NCBI RefSeq assembly: GCF_963921235.1
Contig: NC_086097.1
Span: forward strand, 248,870,001-248,934,000
Source of the DNA: Mobula hypostoma
Taxonomy: Eukaryota
Direction: 5' to 3'
DNA: 64,000 nucleotides
The translations under genes were made by a program, and so were the position numbers. Below, one piece after another: positions 1 through 13,144 of this stretch. The notes beneath the pieces were generated by a model that saw only the letters and a list, made by a program, of their open reading frames with translations, ran no database searches and was not told where the DNA came from. Position 1 is the first letter of the stretch. Every line of letters begins with the position of its first letter.

Positions 1-248
1 TACGGAGGAGATGTCAGGGGTAATTTTTTTACGCAGACAGTGGTGAGTGCGTGGAATGGGCTGCCGGTGACAGTGGTGGAGGCAGATATGATCAGGTCTT
101 TTAAGAGTCTTTCGGATAGGTACATGGAGCTTAGAAAAATAGAGGACTAAGGGTAACCCTAGTAATTTCTAAGGTAGGGACATGTTCAGTACAACTTTGT
201 GGGCCGAAGGGCCTGTATTGTGCTGTAGGTTTTTCTATGTTTCTATGA
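1..248 (+). mobile_element. CR1 3' end
   Basis: FFTQ..V.AWNGLP region, GGGCCGAAGGGCC hairpin and TTTCTATG tail. Confidence 0.85.
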
Positions 249-3200
249 CTTTGGAGTGTGGGAAGAAACCAGGGCACCCAGAGGAAACCCACTTTGTCAC
301 GGAGAGAAATGATAAACTCCTTACAGACAGTGGGTCACTGGCTCCGTAATAACGTTGTGCTATGCTCTCGTACCACTCTATGTGTTCATTGTCTCTTCAC
401 GCTCTGCACGGACACGTTATGAAGTTACCAATTTCTATTCGTATACCAGTTGTTCACGTCTGCCATTATTTGTGCCGTTGAGTTAGAGATTTAGTGTGAA
501 AAGGAAACTGGAGCTACTCTGCAGGGCATCCCTCACAAGGCGTTCATTTGCGACCTCCTGTGAGTTGTACCTGTCTTACACCAAGCTTCCCCAGGCGGAG
601 AGCTGTGACCGGAGTGTGGGGATGGTGCTGAGGCATTAGGCGATGGACCTTGAGAATTTTGAGATGCTTGTCAGCTCAGGATCTGGTGAACTTATCCAGT
701 ACAGTATGTTTCAGTGATGCCTAGCGTTGAGGTCGTTGTACGTTCAGGTGGTTGTATATCCAGTGAATTCATTGGGGATCATAAACACGAAGTTCTGCAG
801 ATGCTGGAAATCCACAGCAACACACACAAAGTGCCAGAGGAACTCAGCAGGTCAGGCAGCATCGATGGAAATGAATAAACAGTCAACGTTTTGAGCCAAG
901 ACTCTTCATCAGGTCTGGAAAGGGTAGGGGAAGAAGCCTAATTAGGATACAAAATGGAAAATATGATTTTTCTTCATTTACTTTGATGTGGTTGAGTATT
1001 TTCATTATTTCTAAGTACATGCATAATTGTAATTAACTTTTAAAATTTCCTTTCCGCATTATTTCCCACTAAATCTGAATCTGTTTGCTTCATTACTAGA
1101 AGTTTATTGATGTTCAAGATTGTTTACATAGAACTTAGAAAACCTACAGCACAATACAGGCCCTTCAGCCCACAAAGCTGTGCCGAACATATCCTTGCCT
1201 GAGAAATTACCTAAGTTTACCTATAGCCCTCGATTTTTCTGAACTCTGTGTACCTGTCCAGGAGTCTCTTAAAAGACCCTATTGTATCCGCCTCCACCAC
1301 CATCGCCAGCAGCCCATTCCACGCACTCACCACTCTTTGCTTAAAAAAACAGGTAGCTAACTATTCCTGGCAATGGACAGCCCAGCAAGATCCAGCACAA
1401 CGTACGTTTAGGTTATGGTTGATTAGTGGTGTGGTGGTTGTCCATCTTGTCCAAAGATGACAGGGAACCTGTACAGGAAAGTTTTTAGAAGTGGAAAAGC
1501 TGGACTCAGAAGTCCAGGTCCAGTGGTACAAACAAGCATCAAAAACGGGGGTCTTTCTTGGTTGCAGTGGATGACCATGACATCTTCTGTGCCTTGTCAT
1601 ACCTGTTGCTTTCCGCAGAGTGTTGCAGATCTGCCTTCCTGGCCGTTTGTATTTTACTGTAGCTTTCATCCGCCCAGTCCACTGGAGTGGACTTGAGCTA
1701 GGACAGGCAGGTCCCTCTCTCACCAGGATGTGAGGTTAGTTAGGCAGTCTGACAATATTTGACCATGCTTCAATGTTCCTAAGAAGTAACGTGTTTCAAA
1801 TTAGTTTTTGCGTTTGCCACGAGGTAGCATGTTGTGATGATACTTGGGTGTTTGATTGCTTGTCATTATCCCATTTTGTTTACCCTTCGAGTCCTTCTGA
1901 AGGGTCTCGGCCTGAAACGTCAACTGTACTCTTTTCCATAGATGCTACCCAGCCCGCTGAGTTCCTCCAGCATTTTGAGTGCGTTACCCCCATTTTATTG
2001 TTGTTTGTTTTAAAATAAGTTTCTACATTCGTGCCTATTGTTTTTGAGGTCACATAGAGCGTTTGAAGTCTAAAGATTAGCTTTATTTGTCACACGTACA
2101 TCAACATATGGAAACACAGAGTGAAATGCATCGATTGCATCAACGACCAACACAGTCCGTGGATGTGCTGGGGGCAGCCTGCAAGTGTGGCCACACTTCT
2201 GTTGCCAACATAGCCTGCCCACAGCTCAGTAGCAGTAAACCAGACTGTACAACTTTGGAATGTAGGAGGAAACTGATGCACCCGGTTGAAACCCACACAG
2301 CCCACGGAGAGAATGCAGAAACTCCTTCCAAAGAGCTACAGGAGTCACACGCTGATCGGTGAGCACTGGCCCTGAAAAGCAATTGTGCCAACTGCTACAC
2401 CGCCGTGTCGCCCCCAGCGGGACATCTGAATTTTGCTCATTTCCTTTTGGTCTGCTTGCTTCATTGCACCCGTTTCAATGCACTTACTTTGGCTGCACAG
2501 CCAGAAGATGTTTAAATATGCTGGTTGTTTTATATTCTATTAATGTATATTGGTGGTGTAATGGTTAGCAAAACTCCATTCGAGCACCAGTGACCCAGGT
2601 TCAATTCCCGCTGCTGTCCGGGGCACCACTGCTCAATACAAGAGGACATGGCTTTAAGGTAAGGGGTGGGAAGTTCAAGGGGGATATTAGAGGAAAGTTT
2701 TTTACTCAGAGGGTGGTTGGTGTGTGGAATGCACTGCCTGAGTCAGTGGTGGAGGCAGATACACTAGTGAAGTTTAAGAGACTACTGGACAGGTATATGG
2801 AGGAATTTAAGGTGGGGGGATATAAGGGAGGCAGGCTTTGAGGGTCGGCACAACATTGTGGGCCGAAGGGCCTGTAATGTGCTGTACTATTCTATGTTCT
2901 ATGTCTGTAAGGAGTTTGTATGTTCTCCTCTTAACCGCATGGGTTTCCCCCAGGTGCTCCAGTTTCCTCCCACAGTCCAAAGCTGTACCAGTTGGTAAGT
3001 TAATTGTCAAATGGATGTAATTGGACAGCATGACCTCATTAGACCTGAAGGTGCCGTTAACCTGCTGTATCTCTGAATAAAAGATCACATAAAATAAGAA
3101 TGATTTTAGTTTGAGTTGATGTAAATTATTAATTGTTTATATTGCATGGTTTGCAGGAATAAGCCTCTATCAATGTTACCTTCGTCAGTCAGGGCTTTGC

Positions 3201-4396
3201 GGTAAAGAACTGTGCTGAAGTGTTGCAGCTCTGTAAAACCCTGGTTAGACCACACTTGATGTACCGGAGTTCTGAGGGAGGATATATTCCTAAATACTGA
3301 TGATTCAGAGTCTAACAAATGCTTCTCTGATATCCATTTCCACTATGACATTGTATATTTATGCTTTGGAATTTGGATACTGTTGCTATAACAACCAGTG
3401 GAAACAGTGCTAAGGCTTGGATTTGGAAACTGTTGCTCTAGTACTCTGGGAAACAACTTGAGGCTTGGATAACACCACAGGAAACAACCCTGCGGCTTCA
3501 ATTTAACTTCTGCTTCTCAGTTTGTGGGACACCACCTCGATAGGGCCGTTTTTCAGGCCAATCTTACAAATTACTTTTGGAGGACATTACTTTAAAATAT
3601 GCAGTGCCGGCTTCTTCAGAGTAATGCAAACAATTCCCAGAACTGCAACAACACACTTAATACTCCTTTCATTTTGGTCCAATGTGGGTTGGATTGTTGA
3701 CTCTGAGGGTTCATGACAGGGTAAACTTATGGCCTGGGTTTTGTGGTCAGAGGCAAACCTGTGGAGCTCCCCACCGACCTCAAGGAAAGCTGCCCGCCAA
3801 TATCGATTTACTTATTAAGATAGCGCACAGAACAGGCCCTTCGAGTTGTACCGGCCTGCAACCCCCGATTTAACCCTGGCCCAATCGCAGGACAATTTAC
3901 AATGACCAATTAGCCTGCCAACCAGTATGTCAGTAATGTCAGTAGACTGTGGGAGGAAATTGGAGCACCCAGAGGAAACCCCCATGGTCACGGTAACGTA
4001 CAAACCGCGATTTATTCAGATTCAGAATCAGGTTTAATAACACCGGAATATGTCATGAAATTTGCTGTTATGCTGTAGCAGTCCATTGCAATACATGATA
4101 ATGAAAACCATAAGTTACAACAAGTATATATATATGTGTATTAAAAAAGTTAAATTAAATACAGGGTGGTGAGATGGAGATATGTCTCTACCAGAGGAGG
4201 TGTAAGGCGCTCCTTCCCACTGCTAGCGTTCACGTCACCCTTGGGCGAGGTGTAGCACCTGCTTAACCCCTGACCCCCCCCAATCAGGGTCACGTGAAGC
4301 CATGGGAGCAGCTGGTGGATGGTCACATGAACAGCTGGTGCATATCACAAGTCCTGGTTATGCGACCACTGACGCCAGGCAGACAATCTCTGAAGA

Positions 4397-5222
4397 TAGG
4401 TAGATAGATAGATAGATATACTTTATTAATCCCGAGGGAAATTTGATTTCGTTACAGTCGCACCAACCAAGAATAGAGCGTAAATATAGCAATACAAAAA
4501 ACCCCAACAATCAAACACCAAAATGCAAACTATGCCAGATGGAAAATAAGTCCAGGACCAGTCTATTGGCTCAGGGTGTCTGACCCTCCACGGGAGGAGC
4601 TGGACGTTCGATGGCCACAGGCAGGAATGACCTCCCGTGCAGCCAGTGTTGTATCTCGGTGGAACGTGGCCAAAGTCCAACAGTAAAAAGTTCAGTATCC
4701 AGTCTGCAAACACGTTCCTCGATCGTAGTATACCCCGGATTGCACCATCTGTTGTTAGCCAGGACAGCAAGCACCCAATTCCTTTACGCTTACCACTCTC
4801 AGTGCATTTCCAGTCAGCCCGAACGGTATTACCCACTGAACTCCTCTTCTCCAAAAGTCTCTGTTGTCTCGACCCAGTCCTCTTTCCTTGGCTTTGTGAT
4901 CCCCCCTGTGTGTTTTCCTCCGGATTTCAGCAGGGGTGTCCACTGCTCTGTTCGCTAAACTGGCCGGTATTTGCTGGTCCGTGGATTACACAATGTGACC
5001 TTGCTTCTGTCCCGCGTGTCGGGATGTAACCATTTCCAGTGCTAAGGAGAACCCAAATAAAACTCTCTCTACCAGCATGTTAGAGAGGGTGCAGCTTCGA
5101 CGTGTTACCGTGAGAAAAGAAAATACAAAAAATAACGTAAATTAAAAAGTAAGAAGAAGAAAGTAAGAATAGATCGGAACGGCTGTACCAGGCTGCATGC
5201 ACGACCGGCACATGCACACATG
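4397..5222 (-). mobile_element. Internally deleted Rex1/Babar-like LINE inserted in a SINE
   Basis: (GATA)n tail at 4397-4420. DWILNFL is fused to VPPRYNT-like C-terminal residues. A GAAGA TSD (4392-4396, 5223-5227) splits a SINE seen intact at about 57560. Confidence 0.65.
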
Positions 5223-5329
5223 GAAGAGTATTGATAATGGCTGGGGGCCCAGAAGAAGGCAATGGCAAACCGCTTCTGTAGAAAAATGGGTTCATAGACC
5301 TTTCAGAAATCTGCTGCTAGAGGGTACAG

Positions 5330-6680
5330 AAGGACGTGGAAGATTTCGAGAGAGTACAGGGTGCTGCCTGGATTACAGACCATTTCTTATGAGGATAGGT
5401 TGATGAAGTTAGGGCTTTTCTCTTTGGAGTGAAGGAGGATGAGAGGTGACTTGATAGAGTGTACAAGATGATAAGGAGACTTCCCCCCCCCCAGGGTGGA
5501 AAGGGTTAAAACAAGGGGGCATAATTTTAAAGTGATTGGAAGGAAGTATTGGAGGGATGTTAGAGATGAGTTCTTTACACAGAGAGTGGTGGGTGTACGG
5601 GATATGCTGCTGGAAGAAGTGAGACATTTAAGAGGTGTTTAGATAAGCACATGGATGATAGGAAAATGGAAGGTTATGCAGGAGGGAGGGTTAGACTGAT
5701 TTCACTGTAATTTATAAGATTGGCATGACATTGAGGGCAGGAGAGCCAGCACTGTGCTGTGGAGCTCTATTTTCTAGAACATACATTCATAATGCTTCCA
5801 TTTAGATGGAGGAATGTTATCTGCAGAATGGACCGACTCTTTAAGGGTTGTCCTCTCAGGATCATGCTGACAGACTTGCAGTGCAATATGATTCATGTGG
5901 AATACAGCGTTGGGAAATATATAATAATGCATTTTGGTAAAAGGAACAATAGTGCGGACTATTATCTAAATGGAGGGAAGGTTCAAACATCAAAGGTGCA
6001 GAAGAACTTAGGAGTCCTCGTGCAAGACTCCCAGGAGGTTAATTTACAGGTTGAGTCTGTGGTAAAGAAGGGAAATGCACTGTTGGCATTTATTTCAAGG
6101 GGACTAGAATATTAAAGCCAGGAGATAATGCTGAGCCTTTACAAGACACCAGTCAGGCTGCACTTAGTGTAATGTCAAAAGATTTGGGCCCTGTATCTGA
6201 GAAAGGATGGAGTGAGAGTCCTAAGGAGGTTCATGAGGATGATTCCAGAAATGAAGGGGTTAACATATGAGGAGCATTTTGCAGCTTTGGGTTCTTGTCT
6301 CACTGGAATTTAGAAGAATGCAGGGGGATCTCACTGAAACCTACCGAATGCTGAAAGGACTAGGTGCGGAGAGGAAGGTTCCTGTGGTGGGGGTATCGAG
6401 AACTAGAGAGTGCAGCCTCAAAATTGAGGGGCGAACCTTTAGAACAGAGGTGAAGAGGAATTTTTTTTTGTGGAAGGCCCTGCCATAAACTGCAGTAGAG
6501 GCCACGCCCGTGCGTATACTTAAGGCAGAAGTTGATTATTTCCTGATCAGTCAGGGCATCAAAGGATATGGTGAGAAGGCAGGTGTATGGGGTTGAGTGG
6601 GATCTGGGATCAGCCATGATGGAATGGCAGAGCAGACTCGATGGGCTGAATGGCCTAATTCTGCTGCTTGTCTTATGGTC
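5330..6680 (+). mobile_element. Two tandem CR1 3' fragments
   Basis: NLGVLVQDS...FISRGLEY and RRMQGDLTE motifs, plus CR1 3' UTRs. Confidence 0.85.
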
Positions 6681-8939
6681 CAAAATGTGTCATTTGCATT
6701 AACAGCCGAAACACCCAAGCAGGTTGCTCGGTGCACTCCACAAGTGATGCCAACATGACATGCCCACAATGTTCAGCAGGACAATAGCAGCAAAACAAAC
6801 CCCTTTCCCACCCACTCAGCCACTCACACAGCAAGGCCAACCCCAGTGCCAGCTGCCTTTGGGCCTCTACTCCTTTGCCCCGATCGCAGACTCGCAGACG
6901 TTGAGCCCTCCAACCTCCAGTCCCTGGCTGGAGATGCAGGGTCAGAGACATTAGGCCTCTGATCCCCAGACAAGCTGACCCCTGGGCTTTGGCCCTTGGA
7001 CCTCGACAATTTTGGTCTTCTCCCTCAGGATTTCACCGATATCTGGATATCAACCTTGAGGACTTGCCAATCATGGGTTTTATCCTTCAGGCCTTGACCC
7101 CAGAACTCACCCATCACGGGTTTGACCTTTGGATAACCACAGGACCTTTCAACATATCCGTTGGAGAATGCAACACTAAAACAATCTATGTTTATTTTAG
7201 AATGATGTTACGCAAGGAAGCGTCGTCTCTCTGATCTGTGAAACTCACTGTAGGACCATTAAAACCAAAACTTCATGCCATCTTCTCCCAGGCAGTTAAT
7301 CTGATCAACCATCCCAGTTAGCCCCTCCCCACCCCCCTCTATCTATTGCAACTGCACGCATTGAACTGTAAACACTTCAAACCATTTTCTATAATGTGGT
7401 TTACATGTTGGTATTTATGCAGTTATGCACATTTTAACCTGTAACTTTGTTTTTTTATATAATTACTTTATAATTGTAGAATGCTGTTTATTTTGTTGCA
7501 TGCCCAGTCAACACACCACAGAAAATCCCTAATAGGTGTACTGTAAATGTTTATGGTGAATAAAGCTGATCCTCGATCATTTTGAAATTCCTGCTTTTTA
7601 CAAACAGCATTAGGGTGACCACACTGATGTCTAAACAGAACACAATGACATGGGGTAATTTCCACTTTAACAGCATGTTACACTTCCCTTTAGTATTCTT
7701 AACCATTGGCAAATATGTTGGAATCTTGTCAAATTCCCTGCGTGCAATTGGATGACAGGGAAAGCAAATGTTGCTAACTCCAGACAAGGCAATTAAACCT
7801 CACAGGAGAAGAACAGCAGCAATATTAAATGTAGACATAACAATTTGATTTTCAAGTTCATATTTGTTTATCACATGTACATTCAAAACATGCAGTGAAA
7901 TGCATTAACAACCAAAAGCAGCATCCACCATCTAGGTCAAAGACAAAGTCAAAAATTCAAAGTAAATTAATTCTCAGAGTACATACATGTCACCACATAC
8001 AACCCTGAGATTCCTTTTCTTTGGGCATAGTTAGCAAATCTATAGAACAGCAACTGTAAACAGGATCAATGCTGCCATCGGAAGGGAGGTACAGGAGCCT
8101 CAGGACTCACGCCATCAGGTTCAAGAACAGTTAGTACCCCTCAACTATCAGGCTCTAACCAGTGGGGATAACTTCACTCGTCCTATCGCTGAAATTTTCC
8201 CATACCCTATGGTCACACTTTCAAGGAATCTTCGTCTCATGTTCTTGATATTTATTGCTTATTTATTTATTATTACTACTACTTTGTATTTACACATTGT
8301 TGTCTTCTCCACTCTGGTTGAGTGCCCCAATTAGGCAGCCTTTCATTAATTCTGCTATGGTTATTATTGTATAGATTTGTTAAGCCTGCCCACAAGAAAA
8401 TGAATCTCAAGGTTGTATATGGTGATGTGTATGTACTTTGATAATAAAATTTACTTTGAACCTAATGATATATTGGGGCACAAAAGTGTCACCACACATT
8501 CTGAACTAACGTAGCATGCCCACCCCCAATGTTCAACCGACTAACACAGAACATAACATAACAGAGCACCACGTGTGACACAGCAATAACAAACACAGCC
8601 CAGTCCACCACAGGAAGAGCAAAGCCCTCCCCACGGTCGAGCACGTCTACAAGGAGCACAGCCGCAAGAAAGCAGCATCCGTCAAAGACCCCCACCATCC
8701 AGGCTGTGCTCTCTTTTCACTGCCGTCATCAGGAAGGAGGTACAGGAGCAATGGGACCCATACCACTAGGTTCAGGAGCAGTTATTACCCCTCAACCATC
8801 AGGCTGTTGAACCAGTGCGGATAATTTCACTTACCTCAGCGCTGAACTGATTCTACAAGCTATGCACTCACTTTCAAGGACTCTATGACTCAAACAGTCT
8901 TATTTAGTTAGTTTTTAATTATTTGCATAATTTGTCTTG

Positions 8940-9640
8940 CATGAAGTGTTCTGCAATCAAAGGCTTCGGTTCTAAATGTTCCTGCATTACTTTCACGATA
9001 TCCCCAAAGCTCATTTCAGCTGGTTTGGTTGGAGCAGATAAATGCCTAATCAAACTGTATGCCTTTCTACCTATTGCACTCAGTAACACTAGCACTTCAT
9101 TCTCATGGACTATTTCATTTGTTTCAAAATACTGCTCAATCTATGCAGTGTACAAAGTCCAGATATCTCTCGTGCAATCAAACACATCTATTTTTCTGAT
9201 GTAGCCAGCCATGTCTACTTTACTTATTATTTACTGCTTATGAACCCATGAATTTAAACTGTTTTCTGCCTGTTTTTACACTTGACTGTCTCTCTCTTGA
9301 CTGCGCTTTTTAAAAAAAAAATTCGAACATCTTGCAGTGCTTTAACAGGAAGGTAGTCGTCACAGGTTCATTTTAAAACTTACTCATTACCACTGTTGTA
9401 TTTTGCAACTCGAATACGTGAAACAAATCCAAAGAAAAACATGAAGCTGGGGATAATCTATCCTTCTTTTAGTCTTTACTTTCGTGAGGCACACACTTAT
9501 AACACAGTGGCTTAATGTCGTATGCCATTCACACACCTTTTACATTTAACATGTAATGAATTAAGTAAACAAAGAAATCTTCATCAACCAACGTATCTAC
9601 GATATTATTCAAATATTACTGAAATATTAAATACACAACA
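8940..9640 (-). mobile_element. Gypsy LTR relic: LTR (9394-9640) plus degenerate gag N-terminus
   Basis: The LTR is bounded by TGTTGT...ACAACA and followed on the minus strand by a TGG-starting PBS-like tract. A gag start at 9212 reads MAGYIRKIDVFD...IEQYFETN...LLSAIGRKAYSLIRHLSAPTKPAEMSF..., with an internal stop. Confidence 0.75.
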
Positions 9641-10124
9641 GAATCAGATTTATTATCACTGGCATGTGATGTGAAATTGGTTAACTTAACAGCAGCTCAA
9701 CTCAATAATTTAGTAGAGAAAAAAATCATAAATAAAATGCAAATAATAAATAAATCAATTATGTATATTGAATAGATTTTTTAAAACATGCAAAAACAAA
9801 TACTGTATATTTTAAAAAGTGAGGTAGTGTCCAAGGTTTCAATGTCCATTTAGGAATCAGATGGCCAGAGGGGAAGAAACTGTTCCTGAATCGCTGAGTG
9901 TGTGCCTTCAGGCTCCTGAACCTCCTACCTGATGGTAACAGTGAGAAGAGGGCATGCCCTGGGTGTTGGAGGTCCTTAATGGACGCTGCCTTTCTGAGAC
10001 ACCGCTCCCTGAAGATGCCCTGGGTACTTTAAAGGCTCGTACCCAAGATGGAGCTGACTAGATTTACAACCTTCTGCAGCTTCTTTCGATCCTGTGCAAT
10101 AGCCCCTCCATACCAAAGAGTGAT

Positions 10125-13100
10125 TGTCAGGATGCTGGAGCAGGGATCCAATCGCAGACCCAGTACAGTGCACCCTGTGATATTGATTGAGTAACAGATG
10201 TGCTCGGGGACATGTTGAACCAATCATTTACCAGGGCTTGGAAGACGGCAGGGGGCATTGGTGAGACTGAATGGCGTGACCAGATATTTGTAATGGCCTG
10301 AGGTGGTGTTGAAGGTGGTCTTCCACTCGTCCCCTTCGCGGATGCAGACAAGATGGTAGGCATTACGGAGATCAAGCTCAGTGAAAACTGAGGCTCCTTG
10401 TAGTAGTTGAAATGCTGAGGTTATGAGCAGCAGAGGACAACGGTTCTTAACAGTGACTTCATTCAGTCCCCGGTAATCAATGCATAGACGCAAGGAGCCG
10501 TCCTTCTCTTCAACAGAGGGAAAACCGGCACCAGCAGGGGAGGAAGACGGCCGGATGCTGCCTGCAGCCAGAGGCTCTTGAATGTACTTACTCATGGCGT
10601 CTGTTTCAGGTACAGACAGGAAATACAGGCAGCCCCTTGGGGGAGATTATGCCAGGCAAGAGGTCAATGGCACAATCATAGGGACAATGAGGCATCAGGG
10701 AAGTGGCCTGGGACTTGCTGAACACACCCTTGAGGTCCATCTATTCAGGAGGGTTGGCACCAAGGTCCAAAAATTCCTTGGGGGGGATCTGAGCATGGCG
10801 GAGACAGTGGGAGTGACAGAATGGGCTCCAGCCTACAATCTTGCGACTGAGCCAGTCAATGTGGGGGGTTGTGATTAACTAACCAGGGATGGCCCAGGAC
10901 AGTGGGAGCTTGAGGAGAGTCAATAACATAAAGGTTAACTGCTCATGATGGTTGCCGGATAAACTGAGACTCACAGGGGCCATGACATAGGTGATGTTTG
11001 CCAGTCTCTGACCGTTCAAGGTGTTGGCCATCAATAGTGACTGGAGAGCAGACGTGGGTAATTGCCACCGGGCAGCCAAGCCAGAGTTGATAAAACACCC
11101 CTCCGCACCAGAATGGACCAAGACGGAGACTGCTTGGCATTGGACTCCCCACTCTAGAGAGGCAGGTATGAGAGTGAGTGACTTCGAAGAGGGCCAGACA
11201 GGGGTAATGCTCACCAGTAATCCTCATCCTACTGGTGAGCGCCTGGCTTTTACTGGGCAGATGGAGATGAAGTGGTCTAGTTGGCCACAGTACAGACAGG
11301 AACGGGTGCTGATTCTCCTTTGTCTTTCCGTCAGCGTCAGGCAGGTACAATCAACCTTCATAGCTTCGGGCTCTGGAATGGGAATTGTAGATGGGGGCAA
11401 ATGGCAGGGCAATGTAGACTGACAAGGAGCTTGGAACTCACCCAGTGCCCCCAGGGACCCTCTGGAACCCCTCCCTCTGCAGCACTGCTGAAGGCAAACA
11501 TTGATACAGATGGCCAAATCCACCAGGGCTTTAAAGGTGGCAGGAAGGTCCTGAGTGACCAGCTCATCTCTGATGTCTTCGGAGAGGCCATTCAGGAAGG
11601 TGTCATACTGTGCCTCCTAGTTTCAGCCGTGGAGGTGGCTAGGGTCCGGAACTCTGTGGTGTAATCTGACACAGATCTGAGCCCTTGGTGCGTGTGCAGC
11701 CTTTCACGGGTAGCCTCTCTCCCATGTTTGGAGCGATCAAAGACTTTTCTCATCTCCTCAGAAAACAACTGAGAACCAATGCAGAAAGGTGAGCCTGCCT
11801 CCCAGATGGCTGCTCCCCATTCTCTCGCCCGACTGGACAGTTGAGTGACGATGTAGGCCACCTTGGCTCGATCAGTCAGAAATGTTGGTTGCAATTCAAA
11901 AAATGAGGGTGCACTGTGAAAGAAAAGAGGAACATGCGAGGACAAGGTGGACAGGGCAGAAGATCCTGTCACAGAATGTTGATGGGTGCTCTGGGACAGC
12001 TGGAGTGAGTCTGGGCCACAAGATCGGCTACATTGGCAGAAAGTGACTCCACTGCCCTGAACACGGACTCCAGCTGGTTCTGGGGTCTCCCCAGCATCTC
12101 TCCCTGTTGTTCCAGGACAGCTCTCAGACGACCGGGGTCTGCTGGATCCATTCTGATCAGATTGTACGCTGGATCCATTCTGATCAGATTGTACTGTTAG
12201 GATGTGGGAGCAGGGATCCAGTCGCAGACCCAGTAGTGTGCACACAGCGATACTAATTAAGTTACAGATCCCACGGTGCAAAGTCGGTGTCAAAGTTCAG
12301 GCAGATATCAAAATATCAACAGAAATCCAAAAACCAGAATCAGGAAACAGGCAGAGTCGATATTCAGACAGACAGAGTACAGATACAAATACTGGAAAGG
12401 CTGAGGAAAACTCACTAGCACAATCTGGCAACAAACAGGTGAAAATACAGGACTGAAATACACCGAGCAATAAACAGAGAGGCAGATGATAGGTGGAGCA
12501 CAATGAGACACAGGGGGCAGCAATACATAGAAACATAGAAAATAGGTGCAGGAGTAGGCCATTCGGCCCTTCGAGCCTGCACCGCCATTTATTATGATCA
12601 TGGCTGATCATCCAACTCAGAACCCCGCCCCAGCCTTCCCTCCATACCCCCTGACCCCCGTAGCCACAGGGGCCATATCTAACTCCCTCTTAAATATAGC
12701 CAATGAACTGGCCTCAACTGTTTCCTGTGGCAGAGGATTCCACAGATTCACCACTCTCTGTGTGAAGAAGTTTTTCCTAATCTCGGTCCTAAAAGGCTTC
12801 CCCTCTATCCTCAAACTGTGACCCCTCGTTCTGGACTTCCCCAACATCGGGAACAATCTTCCTGCATCTAGCCTGTCCAATCCCTTTAGGATTTTATACG
12901 TTTCAATCAGATCCCCCCTCAATCTTCTAAATTCCAACGAGTACAAGCCCAGTTCATCCAGTCTTTCTTCATATGAAAGACCTGCCATCCCAGGTAATAA
13001 TGAGAAACAGGTGAGAGACGGAGTACTCAGTAATACAGGGGCCGGAGCAGGGACAGGGACAGGGGCACATGGCAATACAAAACCACACACTGACAGCTAG

Positions 13101-13144
13101 GGGGAAACACACAAAAAGACAGAGTTCAACTGGAGGTACTGACA
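10125..13144 (-). mobile_element. Internally deleted Ty3/Gypsy (Tf1/sushi-like) LTR retrotransposon relic
   Basis: TGTCAG...CTGACA termini with a 5-bp TSD GTGAT (10120-10124, 13145-13149) inside a Rex1-like fragment. The minus strand has frameshifted gag (MDPA..., DRAKVAYIVTQLSSRAREW), a CCHC knuckle CLYCGQLDHFISIC, protease VLVHSGAEGCFI, and [17 protein letters not shown]...LDLRNAYH...EGDEWKT. The 5' LTR is 12195-13144 and the 3' LTR remnant is 10125-10199. Confidence 0.92.
12524..12997 (-). mobile_element. Young CR1 3' fragment inserted in the Gypsy 5' LTR
   Basis: Uninterrupted frame PGMAGLSYEERLDELGLYSLEFRRLRGDLIE and a TTTCTATG tail. Confidence 0.9.

Noticed and set aside
1350..1760. 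Unassigned ORF-rich segment
   Set aside because: No recognisable domain; possibly an old repeat fragment.
10125..13144. Domesticated sushi-derived gene (PEG10/RTL-like)
   Set aside because: It has multiple frameshifts, a protease catalytic Asp changed to His, a large deletion and retained LTRs.
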